Below, in pieces: positions 8,813 to 18,892 of a stretch of DNA of 64,000 nucleotides. The DNA is taken from the NCBI GenBank assembly GCA_000002435.2, contig CM018793.1, one strand, 5' to 3'. Source of the DNA: Giardia intestinalis (Eukaryota). Within the stretch, counting starts at the first letter, position 1, and each line of letters begins with the position of its first letter. The position numbers were made by a program, and so were the translations under genes. The notes beneath the pieces were generated by a model, which did no database searches, was not told the origin of the DNA, and saw only the letters and a program-made list of their open reading frames with translations.

Positions 8813-10222
8813 ATGGAAGATGTTGTTGAAGACCTCGGATATGATATCGCACTACCCATGGTAGATCACAGCCTCTCGTCTGCTACAGTAGCAGGGCGTG
8901 CAGCCATAAAACTTCACCAGGATATCGAGCGGCTGGCCATGGCAGAGTCAACTATGGAAACAGCGAAAGCATGTACAGAGTCCCAGAGGCTACTTTTTAT
9001 TTTCATAACAACATACGCGGATCGTATGAATGTAAAGTTAGTACTCGCTGCTGATACCCTTCATCACATGCCTCTAAATGAGCAGGTGTTGGCAATCCTA
9101 TCAGATGTGGGGCTCCGAGAAAAAGTTGCTGCAGGACAGTGGGTGAGCGGTTATAAGCTCACTATTTCACTGTCTGTAGGCGATGATGTTTGCGAGGTGT
9201 TCTGCGAAAAAGGTGCGGTAGAACTACGGTCTGAGACAATCGATGTAGATTTGCGTGCAGCCCTGCCGGCGGTCTGTCGTGCTGTGCTGCAAGAGCAGTC
9301 GGGTACTAAAAGGTCGAGGCTGTCTACTAAGCTCTTTTTGAGTATGAAAAACCAGGAGCATGGTGACGTCTACAAGCGGAGTGTTCGCATAGACCCTGCC
9401 TTGTTCAGCTGCTTTAGCCAGCTCACTCCCCTCACAGCTTCGTCTGCATATTATCGTACTGGAGAGGGATCTGGTTCCAAGGGCTTTTTGTTCGTGAGCA
9501 CTCACATCCATAGCAAAGAAAGCATACTATCTACCATATCTACTCACCTGCGTACTGGCTTTCGTCCATGCTCGCTTACTGATAGGCTCAAGCTCCCGAT
9601 CGAATCCAGCAACAAATACAAGAGCTACGCAGATTGCCTTAGAATTTATAGCCTCCTTGAAGACCAAGGGCTTCTGAAATTGTGTACGGATGAGAACGAA
9701 AAGGTGGGCACGACGCTAGATGTTGGGATTCCTTCGGAGACCCTTGCATCCTGGGTAGAAGCCAATGACTCCGATTGCGTAGACTCCAGTGATCAATTAA
9801 GTATGCAAGCGTCCTGTGTACCGATAGTCCTGTCATGCATGCCCACAATCAGTCAATATCTAGATAAGTTTGATCCTTCTGGTATGTGGCGAGACATGCA
9901 ACCGAAGGAGATACGAGAGAAGTTGCTCCAAAAACAGGGCTTGCTTCAAAGTGCGCAGCAGAGATTGAAACAATCCAAAGTACTGGAGAAAGTTGGGAGC
10001 CCAGGTGGGTTTGATTATGCGTTACGAAGGCTCACAGACGGCAGTGACCTGCTTGGCGGGATGCACTACCTTATGAAGCCAGGGGCCGAGCACCGACTTG
10101 ACGAAACATGTGACTTGGAAGCTCTCTCACAGCAGTTAATTCAAACCGCTGGTCCAGAGTTCGTGCGAGGATCTGTTGGTAGCGCACTTCTGGGCCGGTA
10201 TAGACAAGATTCCCTGCTCTAA
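8813..10222 (+). CDS. Hypothetical protein (469 aa)
   Basis: ATG preceded by ttttcaaaaaATGg, a classic AT-rich initiator. Uninterrupted ORF. No recognisable domain. Confidence 0.55.
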   Translation: MEDVVEDLGYDIALPMVDHSLSSATVAGRAAIKLHQDIERLAMAESTMETAKACTESQRLLFIFITTYADRMNVKLVLAADTLHHMPLNEQVLAILSDVGLREKVAAGQWVSGYKLTISLSVGDDVCEVFCEKGAVELRSETIDVDLRAALPAVCRAVLQEQSGTKRSRLSTKLFLSMKNQEHGDVYKRSVRIDPALFSCFSQLTPLTASSAYYRTGEGSGSKGFLFVSTHIHSKESILSTISTHLRTGFRPCSLTDRLKLPIESSNKYKSYADCLRIYSLLEDQGLLKLCTDENEKVGTTLDVGIPSETLASWVEANDSDCVDSSDQLSMQASCVPIVLSCMPTISQYLDKFDPSGMWRDMQPKEIREKLLQKQGLLQSAQQRLKQSKVLEKVGSPGGFDYALRRLTDGSDLLGGMHYLMKPGAEHRLDETCDLEALSQQLIQTAGPEFVRGSVGSALLGRYRQDSLL

Positions 10223-10332
10223 ATTTCATCCAAATTTCATTTTATAAATAAATTCTGCGACAAGTTAATTTAAAAGAAAAGGACATATTCTTTGGAAAGC
10301 TTTTGTATTTTGGAATTTGACTGAAATTATAA

Positions 10333-13239
10333 ATGTCTAGACCCCTGACCTCTCTTCGTGCACACTCCGGAAGCACCTTTCAGCATTCGGCGGACTTGCG
10401 TAACGAGCTCGAAGAGGCCATTCTCGCATATACACATGGATACGCCGACAATCTTCGCCAGTTTTTCTTGCAGAATGATAAGGCCAAGACGGGGCAGCTC
10501 TCTGACATTCTGTTCCGCCGGGCGCTTCGCTCCATTGGTATCCACGGACCAGTTGAGCTGCTTAATCGTGCAATAGAAGAGGCCACTGACCTTAAGAGTG
10601 GACTAATAGATTATGAGGCGTTTTTGGGGCTCTTTGCGTTTAAGGGCGACATACCCCCCGAGGCTGAACGAGGAACATCAACCATTGTTCATAGCCGATA
10701 CGTGGGTAATTACGCAGAGCTTGACTCTCAGAAAAGCAAGAGACCTTCCTCGCGTTCAGCCACAAATCAGAGACAGCATCATGACGAACCCCTCAACCTT
10801 GCTGATGTTGAAGGTGATCCTCTACCTCAGGAGGAAGTGATTGCCGGCGCACCCTCGAGCAGAAGCACGTTTAATCTGCAGGAGGAGATGCGCAAGGCAG
10901 CGGATGACTTAAAGCGCATGCAATCCGAAACAAATACAGAATTTCAAGTTGGATTGAAGCTCATTGCGACCCAAGTACTTCAAAAGGGCTCTTGTGTTAA
11001 GGTTTTCCGAACGAAATTTGACAGAAACCACAAGGGAAATATAGGGGTCCAAGACTTCCTTCTGGGTGTTCGATACCTAGGGATACCATCTGATCTGATT
11101 AGCAATGATGATCTCGTCGAAATTTTCCAATCGTACTGCACAGAGGACGGCTCCATCTCGGTCATTGAGTTTGAGGCTATGGTGAACGCCGGTGAAGACA
11201 CCAAGGACGTTACCCGGACTATGCACGATCGTCAAGCAAGGTCCACCAGAGACCCGACCCATGATGTGGCTCTTCTGCTGGAGGAAGCCCAGACTGTTAG
11301 TGCAAGTGGGATCTCAGGTGAAAGGAAACCCTTACGTCGCACTCAGGGCACTCCAGGAAGGAATCTAACTGTTTCCAATCTTGCCACAAACCAGGGATCT
11401 GATCCTGCTTGCTCCTCAGCGCCTAGTGTTGCTGCAAGCACAACTAACCGACCATCTAAGTATAGTGATGAGGAAATAGTAGGAACGCTCAAGCGAAAAA
11501 TTGCATTGATATGCTCTAACAAATACTCCTCTTTTGGTGATTGCATGGCTGATGCCCAAGACTACAACAGAAAAATTACACCAGACTCGCTGCGCAGGTT
11601 TGTTAGCTCTCAGGTGCCAAATTTAGATAAGAGATACGTCAATCTACTCGTCTCATACCTGTGCACACAGGAGAATCTCAGACAGAGTGCAAATTCGCTT
11701 GGGATAAGCATAGCGGAAATACAGCAGAGCCAGGTGGGAGCATCTAGCATGCCGGAACCAGCCTACATATCGGCAGTAGTTTTCAATGACCTTTACAAGC
11801 TTCCTACCGCTACAGACGGCGGGAAGAGACGCATAGATGATGCTATCTGGACATGCATCACAACAGAGGCCAATCTGAGTAACATGGCTCTTTCTAAGGC
11901 AGAGCTTATGGCCATATCTGTTAACAACCAGAGGTCGCAGGGGCTATACACTGATGACCCCCCTACGCCCTGTGAGCTCCAGACCCATGCTTCGGTGTTT
12001 GGTAACCTGAACATGGCTGAGGGCCGCCAGGGTGGGTCTCAGGGTGCCGCCATGGCCCAGGAGATCGCGCAGCATCAGCGCCACACTAAGTCTGGAAATT
12101 ACTTTGATACCACCGCGGCCCAAAATGATGACATCACGTCCTACGTCAACTGCAGTAATGTCAATATTGCGAACCCCGACACCCCCTCTACTCGCCGTCT
12201 CAGACAGTCTGGTCGTCAAGCCGAGCTTCTAACAAGCCAGCTCCAGAACCCCGCCTCGTCTACTCAGGCAGAGCGCGCCAGCGAGATAATACGTACTAAA
12301 AGACAGCTCCTTGAGGCAATGAACAATAAGCGGAGCGCACTGGCAGAGGCCTTAATCATGGCAGCAGATCGAGCGACAGATCCAATATCATTCAGAAACT
12401 ATCTCAAGGACTTTACTCAGGAGTCTCTGACTAATAACCAAATACAATGCATTCTTGAGGGCTCTCTGGATTCTAACGGCAAGATCCAAAAGGAGATCAT
12501 ACTCAAGACTATGGGCCTCGATAACGAGTTTATAGCATATGCAGATTCCGGTTTGGAGAGTTCGAAGCTGAAGAACGATCGTGTTTCTGACAGTATGGTG
12601 TGCATCTCGGCCGTTCGCGAGCAAATGAATGCTTCGATAAGCGGAGCGCCACGCGATATGATCTCATCCAAGCGTGCCATGCAGGCCAGACAAAAGCAGG
12701 AGTCATCTATAATGAGGCAGCTGTCGTCTGCAGACCTAGATCTTATCAAACCTCGTACTCCAAACATGAGCACAGTGGCAAAGCATCAGGATAGCTCTGC
12801 ACTCGCCAAGGTTGTATTCGACGTAGAGAAGAATATCACTGAGGATTATGAGGGCTGCCTAGCAGAAGCTACCGAGGCCATTGTTGGGGGACACAGAAGG
12901 CGCCACCTTGGCGGTGACCTCAATAAGAAGGACAACTTGGTTATGAGCAATGGAGGAGTATACTCACTGCGAGACAGACAACTAGAAGAAGCAGAAGCAA
13001 ACACCCGACGAATCAAGAACACCCAAAGGTCTGTCATGGAGCACTCCACCCCCGCCGATGCTATTCCACGACGTGGACGCGGGTGCAATCAGGCTGTATC
13101 GCAGCTAAGCAGCACAATTGGTAACACACTTAAACAAATTGATGAAGAATATCTTGTAGATTATCAATCTGGCCAAATTGATGAAACTGCCCCTGCTGAA
13201 GGAGGAAGTGTCCCGAAACCAGTTGCCTTTGAGGTTTGA
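10333..13239 (+). CDS. Large protein with EF-hand-like motifs (paralog A of a tandem pair), 968 aa
   Basis: N-terminal EF-hand-like pair (NDKAKTGQLSDILF and SGLIDYEAFLGLF) and a second mid-protein pair (FRTKFDRNHKGNIGVQDFLLGVRYLGIPSDLISNDDLVEIF). The rest is Ser/Thr/Gln-rich. Shares four collinear blocks with the next gene. Confidence 0.6.
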   Translation: MSRPLTSLRAHSGSTFQHSADLRNELEEAILAYTHGYADNLRQFFLQNDKAKTGQLSDILFRRALRSIGIHGPVELLNRAIEEATDLKSGLIDYEAFLGLFAFKGDIPPEAERGTSTIVHSRYVGNYAELDSQKSKRPSSRSATNQRQHHDEPLNLADVEGDPLPQEEVIAGAPSSRSTFNLQEEMRKAADDLKRMQSETNTEFQVGLKLIATQVLQKGSCVKVFRTKFDRNHKGNIGVQDFLLGVRYLGIPSDLISNDDLVEIFQSYCTEDGSISVIEFEAMVNAGEDTKDVTRTMHDRQARSTRDPTHDVALLLEEAQTVSASGISGERKPLRRTQGTPGRNLTVSNLATNQGSDPACSSAPSVAASTTNRPSKYSDEEIVGTLKRKIALICSNKYSSFGDCMADAQDYNRKITPDSLRRFVSSQVPNLDKRYVNLLVSYLCTQENLRQSANSLGISIAEIQQSQVGASSMPEPAYISAVVFNDLYKLPTATDGGKRRIDDAIWTCITTEANLSNMALSKAELMAISVNNQRSQGLYTDDPPTPCELQTHASVFGNLNMAEGRQGGSQGAAMAQEIAQHQRHTKSGNYFDTTAAQNDDITSYVNCSNVNIANPDTPSTRRLRQSGRQAELLTSQLQNPASSTQAERASEIIRTKRQLLEAMNNKRSALAEALIMAADRATDPISFRNYLKDFTQESLTNNQIQCILEGSLDSNGKIQKEIILKTMGLDNEFIAYADSGLESSKLKNDRVSDSMVCISAVREQMNASISGAPRDMISSKRAMQARQKQESSIMRQLSSADLDLIKPRTPNMSTVAKHQDSSALAKVVFDVEKNITEDYEGCLAEATEAIVGGHRRRHLGGDLNKKDNLVMSNGGVYSLRDRQLEEAEANTRRIKNTQRSVMEHSTPADAIPRRGRGCNQAVSQLSSTIGNTLKQIDEEYLVDYQSGQIDETAPAEGGSVPKPVAFEV

Positions 13240-13345
13240 AAGGCCTCGTGTCTATGGTATATACTATTTCCGATGAATAAATCGCTTTGTTTTTGTCATG
13301 CATGAAAATTTGACTTAAAATTTCGCCCTGTGATTTGCGAGGTCT

Positions 13346-16300
13346 ATGAAACAGGCTGCCCACCTAGGACGCTCTGTCGTTCGTCCAGAAGAAAATGGCC
13401 TCGAAAACATGGTCTATAACCATGCAAATGGGCGTGCCGAGACGTTCCGCAAGGAGTTTCAGCTACTAGACTTTGGAAACACAGGATTGCTTTCCGAAGC
13501 AAGGTTTAAAGCTGCACTGCGAAATGCTGGGTTTTCAGCGCCGGGGCACATGATCCAAAAAGCAATAAAGATGACTGCCAACTATAAGGCCAACGCCATC
13601 GACTACGAGAAGTTTCTTAGGATATGTGGTCTTGCAGATAACGAAGCACGGCCTTCTGATGATCTTTCTAGGATAGGGAATAATTCACTCAGCGTCAGCA
13701 AGAGCGGCTCTCCGAGGAAAAAGGCGCGGGGCCTCAGTGCAGATCATGACGTCTTGGAGATGCCAGATCAGTTCCTGACATCAACAGAAAATGCACTACG
13801 TCGCACCATTGCGAAGGAAAACCAGTTGGATGCTATTCGGCCAGCTGGCGTGAGAACTCTGAAGACTCCTCCTTTATCCCGTGCTGGCGATTCTGCTGTC
13901 CCACTGTTGGCATCTGCCTCATTACAGGGAGCGTTGAATAAGCAAGAGCTAGAGGGACCCTGTCGTCGACGCAGTCTAAGCTCCAAGGGTTCTGAAGGTC
14001 GCGTATCTGACAAAACGTACCTGAAGCTGGATGGGGCAGCCGGGACTGCTCAGAAAATATTTGCTGATCACTTGTCAGCGAGAGGGAACATCTCTAAGAC
14101 ATTTAGGACGAGGTTTGACATTAAAAACAGGGGATACATTGATGAAAAGGACTTCATCTTTGGGCTGAGGTACAGTGGGCTTCCATCAGAGCTTATATCC
14201 GATAAGGAGTCACTTGTACTTTTCACAGAGGCGACGAGACATAAGCCGGAACCTAAGATGACACTAGTAGACTTTGAAAGGCTGCTGACTCGAATAGAAA
14301 ATATTGATACTGTTTCTTGCTTCGATTTAAGCCGAGATAGGGGGCCTGGACATGACTCGGAGTCTTGTTTCATGGGCGATGATTACAGGGAGGTTGCTAA
14401 AAGGGTGAGCAAGGGTACTGCTGACATCGAGCGGGATATCGCTCTTATGGAGCAATATCCTGAAGAATTGGAGCAGGAAATAGAAGAGCACAGACGGCAG
14501 ACAGGTAGATCTCACCGCGAAAACCCACAATTACCAGCGCACATGCCTGCAGCGAGACCAGAGTTGGATGCAGAATCTGACCATGTTCAATCAGAGCAGT
14601 CGTTTCGATTTTCTACTACAGATGGATCTAATGTTTCTCAGTATAGCGGGAGTTCTTACAGGACAACAGACACAAATGACCGTGTGCCTTTGATCCCTCC
14701 ATCCGTTCCTGACAGTGTGCTAGTGGACACACTCAAACGTAAGATACAGGTAGCCATAGAAAACAAGTATCCCAGCAAGCAGGCAGCAATGGTGGCAGCT
14801 TCTAGTCCTAGCAGATCTATCTCCGATGCATCTGTCTTCCAATTTTTACACAGGCTGCTTCCCGATGCAACAGATCATCAGATAAGGCTTGTTATGGAGC
14901 ACGTACAAGGCAACGATGCTGCACAACACTCTTCAGAGCACATGGGCATTGATGCAGATTCATTGCCTCGTCAGCAGAGCTGTTCTAAAAGCGACGCATT
15001 CGAGACTTCTACAAAGAACATCCCCATAGACTCGGCTGTAGATATAACTACTATGAGCAAGAAGCGCTCTGTCAGCGCTAGAGCAAACACCTATTCGGAT
15101 CTTTTTGCTCCACCAGATGAGGAATGCTCCAGAAGAAGACGAGAAGATGACGCCATATGGGCAAAGGTCATGGAATCGAAAGCTATCGCTGAGCGTGCTA
15201 CGGAGGATGTGGCCGCTTCAACCCCTGTTGACACATCTGTATCAATGCAGCCGCAGCCGCAAGCGCAACAGCGACAGTCGAGTAGGCGGTATTCGGAGGG
15301 GACCAGACAGGATCACATCTCTGTCATAATGAATCCCAAGGCTGACACAGGCTACAGGGCTCCTTCCTACACAGGAATGAGCACTGCCAACACCCATAAG
15401 AAGTGTGATTCAAGCGGCTTAATGGGTGCCATTACCACCAGTGTCACTCCTCAGAGTCCATCGGAAAGAAAGGCCAACCGCCGTGCCAAGTCAAGCGTGG
15501 ATACTCGCAGTAGGTACAATTCTGAAGCGCTGGAAGCAACTATAAAGCACGTACAAGAGCCGGTATCTGGCACACCTCGCGGATTTCAGAACATAAAGAA
15601 GTCGCTACTTGAAGGCATGCACGGCAAAAAGGTTGCGCTTGCTGAGTGTATTGTCACAGCTGCAGCGAAGTCGAAAGATGCCTATGACTTTCGCACTTTC
15701 ATATCAGACTTCACAAACAAGCAGCTTGACAATAGACAACTGGACACTCTTGTTCGCTGCTCACTCGATCCAGACACCCAGAAGATCTCTGCTGAACGGG
15801 TTCTTCGCAATCTAAATCTCACCACAGAGGGTTTGTACAATCTTCCAACTATATCCCATGCATCTGGTGACCTATCAGATGGGATGGTTCTGCAACCTGC
15901 GTATAGGCAGAGCCTGTCAAAGACTCAGTCAGCGCGTTCGGGATCGGCGGCCTCAGTTCTTCATGGCACAGTGTTGGAGAGTTACATCAACAATGAGTCT
16001 TGCATAAAGACTCCGCAAATGATTGAAGACTTTGCTCCGCGAGGGAAGTATGATCGGTTTGTTAACAGGCAAGACAACACATCAAGCCGCTATGAGAATA
16101 GCACAAATCCACATGATAAGGCGCGTACCACCGTGCAAGAGCAAATGACGAAATCTAATGTATTGGCCTGCTATGAAACTGTTTCTTCCAAAGACATTAT
16201 CGAGGATAGAACCTCTGCCGTTGCCATGCCAACCTTCAACTCCCACAGGGTGCAGGATGCTATGACTACCCTGGATCAGTCTGCACATAGAAACGCGCTA

Positions 16301-16717
16301 GCGTGTGCTGACCAGGAGTTTTATAGTAGGACCGGCTCCCGACCTCGAGCTGATTCAACTAGAAGAGAAAGTGACGCGTCTGCATCACATAGCATAATGG
16401 ACGGTTTCAGCCGTAAATCTATGGATGATCCCGACGCCAGAGTAGTGCGGCGTCACTCAGACATCCGTCAGCGGCATACAGACATCTTTGGGGCGCCAGA
16501 GGCCAGCAACTTTCATACCATGGGCTCCAGCAAGAGACATTATCACACGGAACGGACGAATGACAGGAGTGTGGTTGGCTTAGAGATATCCCAGGTTGAA
16601 GATGGAGGCCTGACAACAAGTGTTGAGGCTACCTCATACCGCAGGCCCCACAGCGCTGCTCCATCCAGCAGAGACATTACTGCATTTGAGGGGCTCACTG
16701 AAAAGGGATCTGAGTAG
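13346..16717 (+). CDS. Large protein with EF-hand-like motifs (paralog B of the tandem pair), 1123 aa
   Basis: FRTRFDIKNRGYIDEKDFIFGLRYSGLPSELISDKESLVLF is collinear with the gene-A block. Also shared: DFGNTGLLSEARF, NAIDYEKFL, TLKRKIQVAIENKYPS (vs TLKRKIALICSNKYSS) and a C-terminal KVALAECIVTAAAKSKDAYDFRTFISDFTN block (vs ALAEALIMAADRATDPISFRNYLKDFTQ). Confidence 0.6.
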   Translation: MKQAAHLGRSVVRPEENGLENMVYNHANGRAETFRKEFQLLDFGNTGLLSEARFKAALRNAGFSAPGHMIQKAIKMTANYKANAIDYEKFLRICGLADNEARPSDDLSRIGNNSLSVSKSGSPRKKARGLSADHDVLEMPDQFLTSTENALRRTIAKENQLDAIRPAGVRTLKTPPLSRAGDSAVPLLASASLQGALNKQELEGPCRRRSLSSKGSEGRVSDKTYLKLDGAAGTAQKIFADHLSARGNISKTFRTRFDIKNRGYIDEKDFIFGLRYSGLPSELISDKESLVLFTEATRHKPEPKMTLVDFERLLTRIENIDTVSCFDLSRDRGPGHDSESCFMGDDYREVAKRVSKGTADIERDIALMEQYPEELEQEIEEHRRQTGRSHRENPQLPAHMPAARPELDAESDHVQSEQSFRFSTTDGSNVSQYSGSSYRTTDTNDRVPLIPPSVPDSVLVDTLKRKIQVAIENKYPSKQAAMVAASSPSRSISDASVFQFLHRLLPDATDHQIRLVMEHVQGNDAAQHSSEHMGIDADSLPRQQSCSKSDAFETSTKNIPIDSAVDITTMSKKRSVSARANTYSDLFAPPDEECSRRRREDDAIWAKVMESKAIAERATEDVAASTPVDTSVSMQPQPQAQQRQSSRRYSEGTRQDHISVIMNPKADTGYRAPSYTGMSTANTHKKCDSSGLMGAITTSVTPQSPSERKANRRAKSSVDTRSRYNSEALEATIKHVQEPVSGTPRGFQNIKKSLLEGMHGKKVALAECIVTAAAKSKDAYDFRTFISDFTNKQLDNRQLDTLVRCSLDPDTQKISAERVLRNLNLTTEGLYNLPTISHASGDLSDGMVLQPAYRQSLSKTQSARSGSAASVLHGTVLESYINNESCIKTPQMIEDFAPRGKYDRFVNRQDNTSSRYENSTNPHDKARTTVQEQMTKSNVLACYETVSSKDIIEDRTSAVAMPTFNSHRVQDAMTTLDQSAHRNALACADQEFYSRTGSRPRADSTRRESDASASHSIMDGFSRKSMDDPDARVVRRHSDIRQRHTDIFGAPEASNFHTMGSSKRHYHTERTNDRSVVGLEISQVEDGGLTTSVEATSYRRPHSAAPSSRDITAFEGLTEKGSE

Positions 16718-16779
16718 TGCAGTATCGACCGGAGAGTAAACCTGTGGTAATATTCCCAGGCAAGAAGCTTCTTTCAAAA

Positions 16780-18168
16780 ATGGGCCGTGCTTCAGAGTCC
16801 CCACGGACAATGGACATTCTTTCGGTAGCCGAGATACAACAGATTTATGGCTTCTGCTTTGACGCTACCAATGCAACAGGCAATGTTCCCTCGCTCTTAC
16901 TGGAGGCGTTAGGTGAATTATTTACTCGTCTTGGCATTGAGCCTCATATGACCGGAAGCCCTCCCTCGCGACGTGTGCAAAGAATATTAAGATGGTACCA
17001 CATAGTGAGAGTCTTCTTTCTAATTATAATCTCGACGAGCCTTTTCTTGCTTCAGTTGAAGGTTACAACTGCATCAAAATCTATAGAATCATATGACGTC
17101 AGTAAGCAGTCCTTGGGTTCCTCTGCTGTGCTGCGCATAATCTACTGGATCCTAGCTCCTGTATACTTTATGGTGGACCGTTTAGGGTGTCTAGCTCACA
17201 CACAACTCCTGTCAGCACAAGCAGGCAAGGCAGTTAGTGACCCAAAATTTGCCACCACATCACCAGTTTTGTTAATCTACTGGCAACTGGTGGGAGATAC
17301 TCTACTCTCTGCTGTACAGATATTTGTGTCGGTGACTCCAGCTATTCTCTATCAATTCCAATTTGGCGTCTCCTTCCTCTTTCTGTTTCTGACTGGCATC
17401 ACAACAATGATGTATACAATTACTGCATTAAGGGAATCTACGCCCCTACAGCCTGCCTTTAGCTTCTGGATCCGTAGCATAATACTTCAACGGATGTTAA
17501 CAATACTGTTATGCCTTGTTCACCGCCTTAATAGAATCATTATTGTTCAGCTTTTCATTCCAAAGACCTTTTTGTTTGTTGTCCTGGCTATCGCAATCTA
17601 TCTTCTACCATCTGCGGCTGTTTGCTTGGCCAGACAGATCATCGTGGAAAGAACTAATTTGCGATCACATAGAGCAGACCTCACATGGACAGAAAGTCTG
17701 ACAGTGCTCAAGCAATGCACTCTATCACGTCAGGAGCTCCGGCAAATACTCCACAGGTTCATAAATGGAACATACAGTGCTGCAATTGCAATGTTATCCA
17801 TTGCGGTACCACTCTATCTGGTCACCTATAGAGGCAACGAAGCTACCCGAGGAGCCCAGAACCCTGCTCAACTGATTGTCTTAGGAGCATATCTGTATGG
17901 ATTGATAATATGCTCTTTACAGTTTCGCGCCCTTCTGTGCTTTCTGCGGGGATCCCTGGAATGGGACAAACGCATTGAGCCGTATCTAATCTTCTATCCT
18001 CTTGGAATGCCACTTCTTTACCGGGCGCATATAGCGAAACCACACGGATGTTACTTTGGCCTCATAGTTCTTCTTGCATCTGTTCACTGCTCACTTGTGA
18101 GGACGTTATATAAAGAGTTACGTAGGCTATTTAAGTCAGGATTACGTTCATTATGTTCACCCCTTTAG
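16780..18168 (+). CDS. Polytopic membrane protein, hypothetical (track start 16717 is GTG overlapping the upstream stop; first ATG 16780)
   Basis: At least 8 hydrophobic helices, for example VFFLIIISTSLFLLQL, AILYQFQFGVSFLFLFLTGITTMMYTI, LFVVLAIAIYLLPSAAVCL and LIVLGAYLYGLIICSL. The stop TAG is embedded in tAGTAAAAaattaaaaaa. Confidence 0.5.
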   Translation: MGRASESPRTMDILSVAEIQQIYGFCFDATNATGNVPSLLLEALGELFTRLGIEPHMTGSPPSRRVQRILRWYHIVRVFFLIIISTSLFLLQLKVTTASKSIESYDVSKQSLGSSAVLRIIYWILAPVYFMVDRLGCLAHTQLLSAQAGKAVSDPKFATTSPVLLIYWQLVGDTLLSAVQIFVSVTPAILYQFQFGVSFLFLFLTGITTMMYTITALRESTPLQPAFSFWIRSIILQRMLTILLCLVHRLNRIIIVQLFIPKTFLFVVLAIAIYLLPSAAVCLARQIIVERTNLRSHRADLTWTESLTVLKQCTLSRQELRQILHRFINGTYSAAIAMLSIAVPLYLVTYRGNEATRGAQNPAQLIVLGAYLYGLIICSLQFRALLCFLRGSLEWDKRIEPYLIFYPLGMPLLYRAHIAKPHGCYFGLIVLLASVHCSLVRTLYKELRRLFKSGLRSLCSPL

Positions 18169-18173
18169 TAAAA
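18167..18173 (+). terminator. AGTAAAA polyadenylation-signal-like motif overlapping the stop codon of the membrane-protein gene
   Basis: cccttTAGTAAAAaa. The AGTRAAY class is the established Giardia poly(A) signal, usually at or just after the stop. Confidence 0.45.
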
Positions 18174-18190
18174 AATTAAAAAAACAGAAG

Positions 18191-18820
18191 ATGCCTGCAG
18201 ACGCCTCCGAAAACCTCGGCGATAGCGAATTTGCATGTCCCATCTGTATGTCCGATCCCAACTATCCTGTACTAACACAGTGCGGACACATATATTGCTA
18301 CTCATGTCTGAAGTTGTGGCTCACCAATTCTCGTGAATCCAACTGCGCCATGTGCCGAGCCCCAATTAGTTTATCAAGCGGTCTCACACCAGTGTATGCA
18401 GGCCGGAAAGAGGGAGAGGATCCGCGGCCCCACGAAGATCTCTGCAGGGAAATAAATGCTGCTCGAGAAGAACGGGACAGGGCCCGCAATCGTTTTCGCC
18501 TTCCACGGCTGAACGCACAGGTGAATTTTGCTGCACAAAATCTCACGCCTCTTGACCTACTCTTCAACGGGCTCTTGAATATACTACGAGAAAGAGCGGA
18601 TCAAGACGAGCAGGATCTAGATCAAGAAGATAGTGCCAGGCAAGCAGGCAATCCTAATGATGATCCTGTGCTTGTGGCGCGCAATAGGCGTCGACTCAAT
18701 GTGAAGCAGTTGATAAGGGCCGTTCTGTCTGGATTGCTGGTGGTCATTTGGGTGGCGATCCAGATGTACTTCAACACGCCAAGAATTCAGGTCTATAGAT
18801 TTAACGCTAATCAGGAGTGA
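18191..18820 (+). CDS. RNF5/RNF185-like RING-HC E3 ubiquitin ligase with C-terminal transmembrane anchor
   Basis: CPICMSDPNYPVLTQCGHIYCYSCLKLWLTNSRESNCAMCRAPISLSSGLTPVYAGR...DPRPHED is collinear with the RNF5 signature (CNICL..VVSVCGHLYCWPCLHQWL....ECPVCKAGIS..KVVPLYGRG....DPR). C-terminal TM LIRAVLSGLLVVIWVAIQMYF. Initiator aaaaattaaaaaaacagaagATG. Confidence 0.7.
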   Translation: MPADASENLGDSEFACPICMSDPNYPVLTQCGHIYCYSCLKLWLTNSRESNCAMCRAPISLSSGLTPVYAGRKEGEDPRPHEDLCREINAAREERDRARNRFRLPRLNAQVNFAAQNLTPLDLLFNGLLNILRERADQDEQDLDQEDSARQAGNPNDDPVLVARNRRRLNVKQLIRAVLSGLLVVIWVAIQMYFNTPRIQVYRFNANQE

Positions 18821-18892
18821 TAGTTTGTCTAGACCAGTTTCAAGAAACATGTCTTTGCCTTACTTCTATGGGCACCACTTTGGTCATTTCGC

